A stretch of DNA of 64,000 bases from Oceanispirochaeta sp. (GTDB lineage Bacteria; Spirochaetota; Spirochaetia; DSM-2461). Position 1 is the stretch's first letter. Each line of letters begins with the position of its first letter. Location: the NCBI GenBank assembly GCA_963663385.2, contig CAXXXD010000003.1, positions 64,001-128,000 of the forward strand, given 5' to 3'. The notes under the pieces were generated by a model. It saw only the letters and a program-made list of their open reading frames with translations. It made no database searches and was not told the DNA's origin. The translations under genes were made by a program, and so were the position numbers. This document shows, piece by piece, positions 9,742 to 18,856 of this stretch.

Positions 9742-10380
9742 GTGCATAAGCTTCTAATTGTTGATGATCATCCACTGGTACGGAAAGGACTCTGTCAGAT
9801 TCTCCGGGAGGAAATCCCCCTTGCCGTACTGGATGAGCTTTTTAACGGGAATGATGTGCTTCCCAGAGTGGAAGAGACTGCCTACGATGTGATCATACTG
9901 GATATTTCCCTGCCGGGAAAAGACGGATTGGAAGTATTGAAGGATCTCCATTTCTACCATCCCGGAATTCCCGTGCTGATCCTGAGCATTCAGCCTGAGA
10001 GCCAGTATGCCCTCCGGGCATTGAAACTGGGCGCTTCGGGGTGTCTGAACAAGGCTTCGGCTCCGGAGGAACTGGTGGATGCGGTTCGTCAGGTTTTACG
10101 GGGCGGGCGCTATCTTTCTCCAAAGGTAAGCCAGCTGCTTCTGGAGGACTACCAGAATGTCCATGCCGACGAACCCCATACACATCTGTCCGAACGGGAG
10201 TATCAGGTCATGATTATGCTTGCATCGGGGATGACTTCGAGTGAAATTTCGGAGCAGCTGAACCTCAGTATCAAGACGGTAAGCACCTACAGGTCCCGGC
10301 TGCTGCAGAAGATGAATCTGAAGAATAATGCTCAGTTAACTTACTATGCGGTAAAGCATAATCTTATATCCGGAACCTGA
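9742..10380 (+). CDS. NarL/UvrY-type response regulator (REC + LuxR HTH)
   Basis: IVDDHPLVRKG, LDISLPG, LSEREYQV..LSIKTVSTYRSRL; GTG start. Confidence 0.92.
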   Translation: MHKLLIVDDHPLVRKGLCQILREEIPLAVLDELFNGNDVLPRVEETAYDVIILDISLPGKDGLEVLKDLHFYHPGIPVLILSIQPESQYALRALKLGASGCLNKASAPEELVDAVRQVLRGGRYLSPKVSQLLLEDYQNVHADEPHTHLSEREYQVMIMLASGMTSSEISEQLNLSIKTVSTYRSRLLQKMNLKNNAQLTYYAVKHNLISGT

Positions 10381-10398
10381 TTTCCGAACTCTCTGTTT

Positions 10399-10467
10399 TG
10401 TAGGAGAAATCCTACAGACCTTTCCTTTCACCTCCTACATCCCATTCCTGAATTCCCCTTTTACAAT
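10399..10467 (+). promoter_or_regulatory. tctC promoter: palindrome TGTAGGA-GAAA-TCCTACA, extra half-site and -10 box
   Basis: Perfect 7-4-7 inverted repeat 10399-10416, TCCTACA again at 10433-10439, TACAAT at 10462-10467. Confidence 0.65.
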
Positions 10468-10526
10468 ATTTTCAGATTGAGCTGAGAAACCGGTTCATAT
10501 ACCAAAAGATTCAAAGGAGATTTGTT

Positions 10527-11534
10527 ATGCGAAAGGGAAAAATTTTTTCCATTATCCTGACCCTGATTTTTGCCTTATCCATGGGACTGGCTGCAGAAGG
10601 ACAGAGCGAAGATTCTGCCAAAGGGAATCCTGCGTACCCCAAGGGTGTTCTTGATTTTGTAGCTCCCGGCGGGGCAGGCGGCGGTTGGGACCTGACCATC
10701 CGTACAACTGCCAAGGTTCTGAAAGACACGGGTCTGGTAAAAGTTCCCATGCCTGTCAGAAACAACCCCGGTGCAGGCGGTTCCGTTCATCTTACCAGTC
10801 TGCAGGAGAAAAAAGGTTCAGACAAAATCATTACGGTATATTCCTCTCCTCTTATTCTGACACAGCTGAACGGCACAACAGATCTTGGGTATCAGGATGT
10901 GACACCCCTGGCTTCACTGATAGCAGACTATGCCGTGTTTGTTGTAGCCGCAGACTCTCCCTATCAGACTATGGCCGATCTGATGGATGCTCTCAAAAAA
11001 GATATTAAAAGTGTAAAAATCGGCGGCGTTTCTTCAGTCGGTTCCATGGATCATATTCAGTTCCTGATGATGGCCAAGGCCGCGGGGATCAGTAATCTGG
11101 ATGAAATCGACTATGTCAGCTTTGATGATTCCGCTACGGCACAGGTTCTGGGAGGGCATATCGACATGTTTTCAACAGGGCTGTCCGAAGTTCTCGGGCT
11201 GATCGAAAGCGGCGACCTGAGGGCCCTTGCCCAGACGGCTGATCATCGTGTTGGAGAAGGCGTTGTGGGAGAAATCCCCACCTGTATAGAACAGGGCATT
11301 AATGAAACTTTTGTAAACTGGAGAGGCCTGTTCGGTACACCTGATATGCCCGACTATGCCGTTGAATACTGGAGAAACACTCTGGCTGAAATGGTTAAGA
11401 CTCCCGAATGGAAAGCAGCCTGTGATACAAACGGGTGGGACGATGCCTATCTGGATGCTCCTGAATTTGATGCTTTTCTGGCAAAAGTCAACGAAAACTA
11501 TAAGACCATTCTGTCTGACATCGGAATGTATTAA
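10527..11534 (+). CDS. tctC: Tripartite tricarboxylate transporter substrate-binding protein
   Basis: Signal peptide, APGGAGGGWD, NNPGAGG, NWRGLF. Confidence 0.9.
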   Translation: MRKGKIFSIILTLIFALSMGLAAEGQSEDSAKGNPAYPKGVLDFVAPGGAGGGWDLTIRTTAKVLKDTGLVKVPMPVRNNPGAGGSVHLTSLQEKKGSDKIITVYSSPLILTQLNGTTDLGYQDVTPLASLIADYAVFVVAADSPYQTMADLMDALKKDIKSVKIGGVSSVGSMDHIQFLMMAKAAGISNLDEIDYVSFDDSATAQVLGGHIDMFSTGLSEVLGLIESGDLRALAQTADHRVGEGVVGEIPTCIEQGINETFVNWRGLFGTPDMPDYAVEYWRNTLAEMVKTPEWKAACDTNGWDDAYLDAPEFDAFLAKVNENYKTILSDIGMY

Positions 11535-11607
11535 TTGAAAGGAAAGGGACTGTCAAAAGGCTGTTTAACCCGGCTTTTCTGATGGTCCCTTTATACTGGA
11601 GGAAACT

Positions 11608-12078
11608 GTGAGTTTATCTTTATTGCCGTCCCTGATGTGTTTTGTTCTGGGGGTGGTTTATACCACAGCGACATTTATGCTGCCTGATGCTTCCGTGGGA
11701 AGAGCGTACGAACCTAAAATCTTTCCCATGATGCTGGGATTCGCCCTGATTATTCTGTCTCTCAGCCTTCTGGCAAGAGAATTCAAAGCGCAGAAAACAG
11801 AACAGAAGAAAGAAAAGCTTCCTTTATATAAAGAAGCCGGATTCCGTAAAATCCTGTTAACCTGTCTGTTTTCTGTCATTTATGCCATGTTATTCGATAA
11901 AATCGGATATGTGATCAGCACGGTTATTTTTCTGGAACTGGAACTGGTGCTGTTCAACGGCAGAAAAAACTGGAAAGTCAATACGGCTGTTGCTCTTCTG
12001 TTCAGCCTGTTTATCTATATTGTGTTTTCCAAGCTCCTGGGTGTCTATCTTCCCCTGACGCCGGGCATTTGGATTTGA
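11608..12078 (+). CDS. tctB: Tripartite tricarboxylate transporter small permease
   Basis: Four to five TM helices, P..FP motif, F..LLGV.LP C-terminus; lies between tctC and tctA. Confidence 0.88.
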   Translation: MSLSLLPSLMCFVLGVVYTTATFMLPDASVGRAYEPKIFPMMLGFALIILSLSLLAREFKAQKTEQKKEKLPLYKEAGFRKILLTCLFSVIYAMLFDKIGYVISTVIFLELELVLFNGRKNWKVNTAVALLFSLFIYIVFSKLLGVYLPLTPGIWI

Positions 12079-12088
12079 GGTAATAAGT

Positions 12089-13591
12089 ATGGAAACATTA
12101 TCATTTCTGCTGGATGGATTTATGGTCGCCCTGACCCCTATGAATCTGATATGGGTCACAATCGGCGGTTTTCTTGGAACCATCATAGGTATGCTCCCCG
12201 GTCTGGGACCGGCAACAGGCGTTGCGGTACTCCTTCCCCTTACCTTTTCAATGGGTCCGACCGCTGCCCTCATTACCATGGGCGGCGTATATTACGGCGC
12301 CATGTACGGTGGTTCAAGAGCGTCTATCCTGATCAACACACCGGGTGACGGAGCTGCCGTTGCTGCAACTTTTGACGGTTACCCCATGACTTTAAAGGGA
12401 CGGGCCGAGTCTGCTCTGGCCGTCTCGGCAATCGCCTCTTTTATCGGCGGAGTCTTTGCAACCTTCTGTATGGTTGTCATTGCCATCCCCGTGGCCCGGT
12501 TTGCCCTGAAGTTCGGCCCCGCCGAATACTTCATGCTCTTTATATTCGCTCTTTCCGCCACCGCATCCATGACGGAAGGCAATCGTTTGAGAGGTTTTAT
12601 CGCTACCATCCTGGGGCTGATGATCGCTACTATCGGTATAGACGGTCAGTCCGGGGTAAGCCGTTTTACCATGGGCATACTGGAACTGCAGAGCGGAATT
12701 GATTTTCTGATTGTGATAATTGCCGTGTATGCTCTGGGTGAGGTTTTCAAGAGCTTTAAAAATATCGATACAGGCAACACAAATGTGCAGAAGAAGTTCG
12801 GCCGGATATGGCTCTCCAGGGAAGAATGGAAACGTTCTGTGTGGCCCATTCTGAGAAGCGCTCCTGTCGGATTTTTTGTGGGAGCTCTTCCCGGCGCCGG
12901 TGGTACAATGGCTTCACTCATGTCCTATAACAATGAGAAACAGATTTCCAAACATCCCGAGGAATTCGGAAAAGGGGCAATCGAGGGGCTTGCTGCTCCC
13001 GAATCCGCCAATAATGCGGCTTCCGTGGGTGCCATGATTCCTATGCTGACCCTGGGGATCCCCGGTTCGGGGACGACAGCGGTAATGATGGGGGCCCTTC
13101 TTCTGTTAGGTTTGCAGCCGGGCCCCATGCTCTTTCAGCAGCAGCCTCTGATTATCTGGGGACTTATTGCCAGTATGTTTGTCGGGAATGTCATTCTGGC
13201 CGTGATGAATATACCTCTGGCGGGACTGCTTGTAAGGGTTCTCTCCGTCCCGCCCAAAATTCTTTACCCGATTGTACTGGGACTGGCATTTGTCGGGGCT
13301 TACGCCATCAGCTACAGTGTTATGGATTTTTACCTGCTCGTTCTGTTTGGACTTGCCGGATACTTTATGAGCAAGACAAAGTTCCCCGCCACCCCCATGA
13401 TCCTGGCGGTTATCGTTGGAAACAATATGGAACAGTCCTTCAGACGGGCCTATAAAATCGCGGATGGAGATATCGGTATCTTTTTCGGCTCTCCCATCTG
13501 TCTGATTCTGTTTGCTTTAACAGTCTTCTCAGTTGCCTATCCAATCATCCGGGGATTGCTGAATAAAAGGCGGGCTACGGTTTCCGCCTGA
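12089..13591 (+). CDS. tctA: Tripartite tricarboxylate transporter large permease
   Basis: GMLPGLGP, ILINTPG, APESANNA, LTLGIPGS. Confidence 0.93.
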   Translation: METLSFLLDGFMVALTPMNLIWVTIGGFLGTIIGMLPGLGPATGVAVLLPLTFSMGPTAALITMGGVYYGAMYGGSRASILINTPGDGAAVAATFDGYPMTLKGRAESALAVSAIASFIGGVFATFCMVVIAIPVARFALKFGPAEYFMLFIFALSATASMTEGNRLRGFIATILGLMIATIGIDGQSGVSRFTMGILELQSGIDFLIVIIAVYALGEVFKSFKNIDTGNTNVQKKFGRIWLSREEWKRSVWPILRSAPVGFFVGALPGAGGTMASLMSYNNEKQISKHPEEFGKGAIEGLAAPESANNAASVGAMIPMLTLGIPGSGTTAVMMGALLLLGLQPGPMLFQQQPLIIWGLIASMFVGNVILAVMNIPLAGLLVRVLSVPPKILYPIVLGLAFVGAYAISYSVMDFYLLVLFGLAGYFMSKTKFPATPMILAVIVGNNMEQSFRRAYKIADGDIGIFFGSPICLILFALTVFSVAYPIIRGLLNKRRATVSA

Positions 13592-13616
13592 TCCATTAAA
13601 AATCCAACTCCTTTTT

Positions 13617-13652
13617 ATCCCGGTGAAACCCTCCGTTTTCACCGGGATTTTT
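13617..13652 (+). terminator. Rho-independent terminator after tctA
   Basis: 12-bp stem ATCCCGGTGAAA/TTTCACCGGGAT followed by a T run. Confidence 0.8.
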
Positions 13653-13729
13653 GCGTAAAAGCGGGATAGTTCTTTTAAAAAACGCAAAAAACGCTTGCAT
13701 GCTTTATACGCTCTATCTACTATGGAGTT

Positions 13730-15334
13730 ATGAAAAAAACAATTCGTAAAGATAATATTGATGGGAATTTTGAGCTGGCTGTTAAAGTTCCTTTACTGAA
13801 AAAAATTCTGATAATCCTGTTTTTCCTCTCTTTCCTGATTATTGCGCAGGATGTGCTGAAGAGAGCAGTACTGGAGTCCTTTATTCTACACGGAGTTCTT
13901 CCTCTGGTGATATTGTCAGCCCTCATGGGGATCCGAAAAGAGTATTATACTGTAACGAGTAATCTGTTTTTTTCGCTCTGTGTTATCATCCTTGTTTTAC
14001 TGCGGATTCGGACAGGTTACGAAGGACCGCAATCTCTCCCGCTTTTTGCCGTTATCATCGGCTCCTTTGTTGTATTTGCCTCTGTTTTTGTTACCCCCGG
14101 GATGATGAAAACCCTGATAGGGATTTACGATGTCACTTTTATTCTATTTATTATTCTCTCTTTTTTTCAGATCTCTGCCAGGGGGCTGGAAGATAAGGTT
14201 AATCTCCAAATCCTCTATCCCTCCATTGCGGTTATTACCATCTCCACAGGTCTTGTCTTTATACGAAGGATCTCAGATACACTTCTCTCCCGGGTAAAAC
14301 GGACCCTTGAAGATGTCGAGTCAATGAATGAAAAAAACCACAATATTATGACAGAGGCAGCTCTTCAGCTGGATAAAGCGGATATCCTGCTGCATGAAGC
14401 CAGGGAAACAGCCAGCGCCGGAACGGAGATAGAGATGAATGTCAAGAATCTCAATAACCGGATTCAGGATCAGAACAACCGTTTTACCCACACCGAGGAG
14501 GAGCTCGGGCTTGTTCGTAACAGTATGGATACTCTTTTTTCTCTTTCCCGGAATCAGAGCGATCAGATTCATGAATCAGGTTCGGCCATTGAGGAAATGG
14601 CTGCGTCGATTAACAATGTTACCGTTATTATTCATGAAAAGACAAAAGGGATTGATCATCTGCTTTCCAAATCACGGGAAGGGGATGTTGTTGTTAATCA
14701 GACAAGAGACGCTTTCGGGAAAGTTACCGAAAGGCTCGGTTCCATTGCGGACATGACCAGGATGATTTCCAAAATAGCCGCACAGACCAATCTGCTGGCA
14801 ATGAATGCGGCTATTGAGGCAGCCCATGCCGGAGATGCCGGAAGAGGTTTTTCCGTAGTGGCTTCGGAGATCCGCAACCTGGCGGAATCCAGCTCCCGTA
14901 ATGCCAAGGATATTGCCGATACAACAAAAGATCTGGTGAGTTCCATCCATACTGCGGATAAAGAGATTGATTCGACCAGTAAATCCTTTTCAGAAATACA
15001 CGATGAGATTAATGAGCTGTCTCATGCCATTTCGGAAATCGAAATAAGTGCTTCAGAGCTGAACTCCGGAACTGCGGAAATTCTGAGTTCAACAGGACAG
15101 TTAACCTCCATCACCGGTGATATGAATCGTCAGCTGGAGAATGTCCGGGAACATCATGGCGCTATTGTTGCGGATATGGGTGAAGTTTCCCGTATTTCCG
15201 GAGAGTTAAATACGGGTATGGAAGAGATCGAAGTCGGCATAACACTGATACGGGAGTCAATCCATAAAATCAGCGAGCTGTCCAGTGAGCTGAAGACTCA
15301 GAGTGAAGTTCTGAATCAGGAGTTTAATAATTAG
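13730..15334 (+). CDS. Methyl-accepting chemotaxis protein with a multi-TM N-terminus
   Basis: [38 protein letters not shown] signalling hairpin; several hydrophobic N-terminal segments. Confidence 0.92.
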   Translation: MKKTIRKDNIDGNFELAVKVPLLKKILIILFFLSFLIIAQDVLKRAVLESFILHGVLPLVILSALMGIRKEYYTVTSNLFFSLCVIILVLLRIRTGYEGPQSLPLFAVIIGSFVVFASVFVTPGMMKTLIGIYDVTFILFIILSFFQISARGLEDKVNLQILYPSIAVITISTGLVFIRRISDTLLSRVKRTLEDVESMNEKNHNIMTEAALQLDKADILLHEARETASAGTEIEMNVKNLNNRIQDQNNRFTHTEEELGLVRNSMDTLFSLSRNQSDQIHESGSAIEEMAASINNVTVIIHEKTKGIDHLLSKSREGDVVVNQTRDAFGKVTERLGSIADMTRMISKIAAQTNLLAMNAAIEAAHAGDAGRGFSVVASEIRNLAESSSRNAKDIADTTKDLVSSIHTADKEIDSTSKSFSEIHDEINELSHAISEIEISASELNSGTAEILSSTGQLTSITGDMNRQLENVREHHGAIVADMGEVSRISGELNTGMEEIEVGITLIRESIHKISELSSELKTQSEVLNQEFNN

Positions 15335-15515
15335 AAGTGAAATCCAGCCGCTGCCCGGGACGGGATCTCCTAAATACTAGAGGAAGAAGCCGAAAAAGAG
15401 TGTATTAACCTGGCTGAAAATCAGATTATGACAAATCAGGCCGGATTTTAATCTACCGAGTGAAAAATCTGTTTGTTTACTTGAAAAAAAAGAGAATGGT
15501 AGGTATATATAATAT

Positions 15516-15533
15516 TATTAGCCACCCCTAATA
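15516..15533. promoter_or_regulatory. DtxR/MntR/TroR-like operator upstream of zupT
   Basis: Perfect TATTAG-N6-CTAATA directly after TATAAT (15508-15513). Confidence 0.55.
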
Positions 15534-15568
15534 GCGAGCTGAACTAAAATCAATTTGAAGGAGTAATT

Positions 15569-16378
15569 ATGGATACCGGAAATATCATGTTTGCATTGGG
15601 ACTGACCATTTTTGCGGGACTCTCGACAGGTATAGGGAGCCTGATGTCCCTGCTATCAAAGAAATTCAATCCCAAATTCCTGGCGGCATCTCTTGGCTTT
15701 TCTGCCGGTGTGATGATCTATGTCTCTCTGGTTGAGATATTTGTAAAAGCAAAGGATGCTCTGGAGGCTTATTACGGCCCTAAACAGGGCTATACCTATA
15801 CAACTTTAGCTTTTTTTGCCGGGATAGCAGTGATTGCCATAATTGACAAGCTCATACCTTCCTATGAGAACCCTCATGAAATAGGAAATATTAATCAGGA
15901 AGTACCCGGAAAGTCGGGGAACGATCAGAAGCTGATGCGCATGGGCCTGTTTTCCGCCCTGGCTATTGGTATTCATAACTTCCCCGAAGGTCTGGCCACA
16001 TTCATGGGCGCTTTAACAGATCCCACCCTTGGTATCAGTATTGCGGTCGCCATCGCCATCCACAATATTCCCGAAGGAATCGCTGTTTCAGCTCCCATCT
16101 ACTACGCAACCCAAAGCCGCCGAAAGGCTTTCTGGCTCTCTTTTCTTTCCGGCTTCGCCGAACCGGTGGGGGCCCTGATCGGATTCTTCCTTCTGCGAAA
16201 CCTCTTTAACGAGGCCACCTTCGGTATAATATTTGCCGGTGTAGCCGGTATTATGGTTTATATCTCTCTGGATGAACTCCTTCCTACAGCGGAAGAATAC
16301 GGGGAACACCATATTGCCATCGGGGGATTGATAGGCGGTATGGCCGTTATGGCGGCCAGCCTGCTTCTGTTTATCTGA
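15569..16378 (+). CDS. zupT: ZIP-family divalent metal transporter ZupT
   Basis: GFSAGVMIYVS, IHNFPEG and IHNIPEG, SLDELLP. Confidence 0.92.
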   Translation: MDTGNIMFALGLTIFAGLSTGIGSLMSLLSKKFNPKFLAASLGFSAGVMIYVSLVEIFVKAKDALEAYYGPKQGYTYTTLAFFAGIAVIAIIDKLIPSYENPHEIGNINQEVPGKSGNDQKLMRMGLFSALAIGIHNFPEGLATFMGALTDPTLGISIAVAIAIHNIPEGIAVSAPIYYATQSRRKAFWLSFLSGFAEPVGALIGFFLLRNLFNEATFGIIFAGVAGIMVYISLDELLPTAEEYGEHHIAIGGLIGGMAVMAASLLLFI

Positions 16379-16387
16379 TCCGGAGAT

Positions 16388-16490
16388 CCCCTTAATCCTC
16401 TCCACCCTCGGTTCCGCTCGGGTATCCGGGGAGGGGACATAATGTAATTACTTCTCCCCTTGAGGGGAGAATGAGAGGGGTTCGGAGAGG
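16388..16490. repeat. REP-like C-rich/G-rich palindromic element between convergent genes
   Basis: Hairpin TCTCCCCT-TG-AGGGGAGA plus ATGAGAGGGGTTCGGA (16453-16486) and CCCCTTAATCC, both shared with 51404-51570. Confidence 0.6.
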
Positions 16491-16495
16491 ACTTA

Positions 16496-17344
16496 TTAAT
16501 CTTCGGACTCTTCCATCAGTTTTATCCACTCGTTTTCGTCCCGGGGGATGAATTTCATAAGAAATCCGCCCTGGTGGCAGAAAACGGGATTTTGAGGATT
16601 GGCCAGATTGAAATTCACCCGGTCATGCCCCCAGTTGGTCCTGAAGAAGACTCGGTTCTCAGGCACTCTTTCATCATGGGAGTAAATGGCATCCACTTCA
16701 TTCTCATCCACGATTTTTCCATCTACTGCCCGGATTGCCGAGGCCAGTTCGGCAGGAGGCTGGGCATGATAGATCAGAACTGTCAAACCGCCGATTTTCC
16801 GTATTTCCGTATGATGCTCCGTCTCCAGCCATTCGGAGGCTCTTTTTTTAGCCCTTTCAAAACGGATTTTATCCTCCAGGCCTTCCCTGAAGAGGGTCAG
16901 AATCATTTTGGGATTTTTCTCAAAACTTTTCAGCAGCAGCTTCTGACTGAAGGACCAGTAGTGCTGGGTTTCGCTGACCGCTTCGTAGTCGTCCAGAACC
17001 CTGAGGCCACCCGTATCAACCCTGGATACCAGACGGATATAGTCGGCCAGTTCCGATTCCTGCAGAAGCGGGAAAAGGCTCTCAAAAACCAGAAGAGCGG
17101 CGCTGCCCAGGGTGCTGTCCTGATGGTGATCAAAGAGCCTGCCCTCAGGATGAAAAACCATTCCGCAGTCAAGGAACCAGTCCTCTTCCGAATAATTTCC
17201 GCTGCCGACCATTCCCGCGGCTTCCTGAGAGGGGATACGCAGTATCTCGGCAGGCTCCTCACCCAGGTGGATGGAGAGGAGGGCTGAAGCCAGCAGCTCA
17301 TCCATATGAGCCTTTCTGTCGTGTGTCACTATTCTATAAGCCAT
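16496..17344 (-). CDS. MYG1-like (DHH-fold) metal-dependent hydrolase, putative exonuclease
   Basis: IVTHDRKAHMDE, FLDCG, FDHHQ, VDTG and FCHQGGF motifs; start set at MAYRIV (17344), overlapping the upstream stop. Confidence 0.75.
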   Translation of the reverse strand: MAYRIVTHDRKAHMDELLASALLSIHLGEEPAEILRIPSQEAAGMVGSGNYSEEDWFLDCGMVFHPEGRLFDHHQDSTLGSAALLVFESLFPLLQESELADYIRLVSRVDTGGLRVLDDYEAVSETQHYWSFSQKLLLKSFEKNPKMILTLFREGLEDKIRFERAKKRASEWLETEHHTEIRKIGGLTVLIYHAQPPAELASAIRAVDGKIVDENEVDAIYSHDERVPENRVFFRTNWGHDRVNFNLANPQNPVFCHQGGFLMKFIPRDENEWIKLMEESED

Positions 17345-18797
17345 TCTTTTTTTCCTTTTCGACAGCCCTGAAAAGGGCTTCATGAAGTTTTACCATTGCC
17401 AGGGTATCCCGGGCGCAGTAGTCAAGGAGATCCTTTCTCAATCCCGGTATCTGTTCATCCGGGATATCCCCCCGGGCCATCCCGGCATAAGCCGCCAGGG
17501 CGGATGAACCGTTTCCTATGGAAAGGTCATCATAATGCATATCCGGAACCAGGGCGGGCAGGGTTTTTTTTATGGATGTTCTTCCTTTAAACTCGGGGTG
17601 GTAAATCCCGTTTTTAATGATCTTCTCCAGATCCACCAGACGGGGAACCAGGGCCTTCAGGCTTTCTGTCAGTTCCGGGAAAAGGGAAGCCAGCTTTCCT
17701 ATGGTGCTCTGTTCAAAACCGGAATAGACAACAATACTGCCCGATCCCTTCAGGTCATGAATCAGTTTCTCCGCCAGATCTTTTCTGCAGTCCCTGTCCG
17801 TTTCCGCCAGGAACTCCCTGTGATCCGTCACTTCCCCTATCTCCGAACAGATATGAACAGAGTACTGGGTGACAATCTGCTGATAGGGCAGGGTGTCCGG
17901 AAAGAGGGGAATGGCCGTCATGGTTGTTTCAAAATCCAGGTAGAAGGCCGGCCATTCAATGCATTCAAGCATACTTTCCAGTTCTGACGATACAATGGTT
18001 CTGTTTTCCAGAAGACTCCGTTTCATCATTTCCTGATGAGGGGTCAGTTCCATCTGTTCCGGCAGATCGCGGATCATGCTGATTCCCTTGTCTATAAGTT
18101 TGTCATAGACTTTGCGGGAGAGAAAGGGCAGGCTGATAATGTGCTCATGAACGGGAAAATCAAAACAGTTTGAAGAGTATTCACACTTTTTACAGGAGGG
18201 ACCGAAAGGGGCTTCCGGTCTGTCTGTGTCCAGCAGCATCTGTTCTATCCATGGCGCTGAGCGGAGAAACTCCCCGGTGCGCAGCCTGACTGGTTTGGTA
18301 TGATCAACTGCCTGGAACAGATTTTCCACGTTCTGATCAATGGTATATTCCCTTGACAGAAGCCAGAGGATTCTGTCCTGCGCTGCATAACCGCACATCT
18401 CCATTACCATGGAGGTATAAGCCAGGTCGGCAATAAACAGGGCCTTATCTCTAATGCTGGATTTTACCTCAACAAGGTTCCAGCAGCCGTTTTTTTTATG
18501 AAGGATATCGGCTCTTGCCCTGTAGCTGCCGCAGCAGAATGCCGCTTCATACAGTACGGTTCCATCGGGAGAACCCATAAGGGATTCGGTTATCCGGGCG
18601 GCCCGGACCATATCCTTCTCTTCAATAAGGATCCCTTCCGGATAGATCAACCTGGCCAGTTTTCCTATTTCCCTGCCCTGTTCGATTTTAAACTCATCTG
18701 CTCTGTCCATTGTAACCCGTTCCGGCCTATGCACAGACTGCCAGGCATAACTCGGGCAGGATAATGCATCAAGAAACAGGTTTTTCGTAATCCCCAT
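17334..18797 (-). CDS. DUF2779-like protein: Cas4/RecB-like PD-(D/E)XK nuclease fused to an RNase H-like DEDD domain
   Basis: SCPSYAW, RADIL..VEVKSS, CKKCEYSSNC, YLDFET, LVDLE, YCARDT. Confidence 0.8.
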   Translation of the reverse strand: MGITKNLFLDALSCPSYAWQSVHRPERVTMDRADEFKIEQGREIGKLARLIYPEGILIEEKDMVRAARITESLMGSPDGTVLYEAAFCCGSYRARADILHKKNGCWNLVEVKSSIRDKALFIADLAYTSMVMEMCGYAAQDRILWLLSREYTIDQNVENLFQAVDHTKPVRLRTGEFLRSAPWIEQMLLDTDRPEAPFGPSCKKCEYSSNCFDFPVHEHIISLPFLSRKVYDKLIDKGISMIRDLPEQMELTPHQEMMKRSLLENRTIVSSELESMLECIEWPAFYLDFETTMTAIPLFPDTLPYQQIVTQYSVHICSEIGEVTDHREFLAETDRDCRKDLAEKLIHDLKGSGSIVVYSGFEQSTIGKLASLFPELTESLKALVPRLVDLEKIIKNGIYHPEFKGRTSIKKTLPALVPDMHYDDLSIGNGSSALAAYAGMARGDIPDEQIPGLRKDLLDYCARDTLAMVKLHEALFRAVEKEKKNGL

Positions 18798-18856
18798 GTC
18801 CCGATTGTATCAGGACAGGAGAAATAGTTCATCCCTCAGGAGGAATTAACGGGTAA

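Noticed and set aside
17334..18797. cas4 or CRISPR-Cas locus
   Set aside because: Cas4-like fold only; no cas1/cas2 or array in the window
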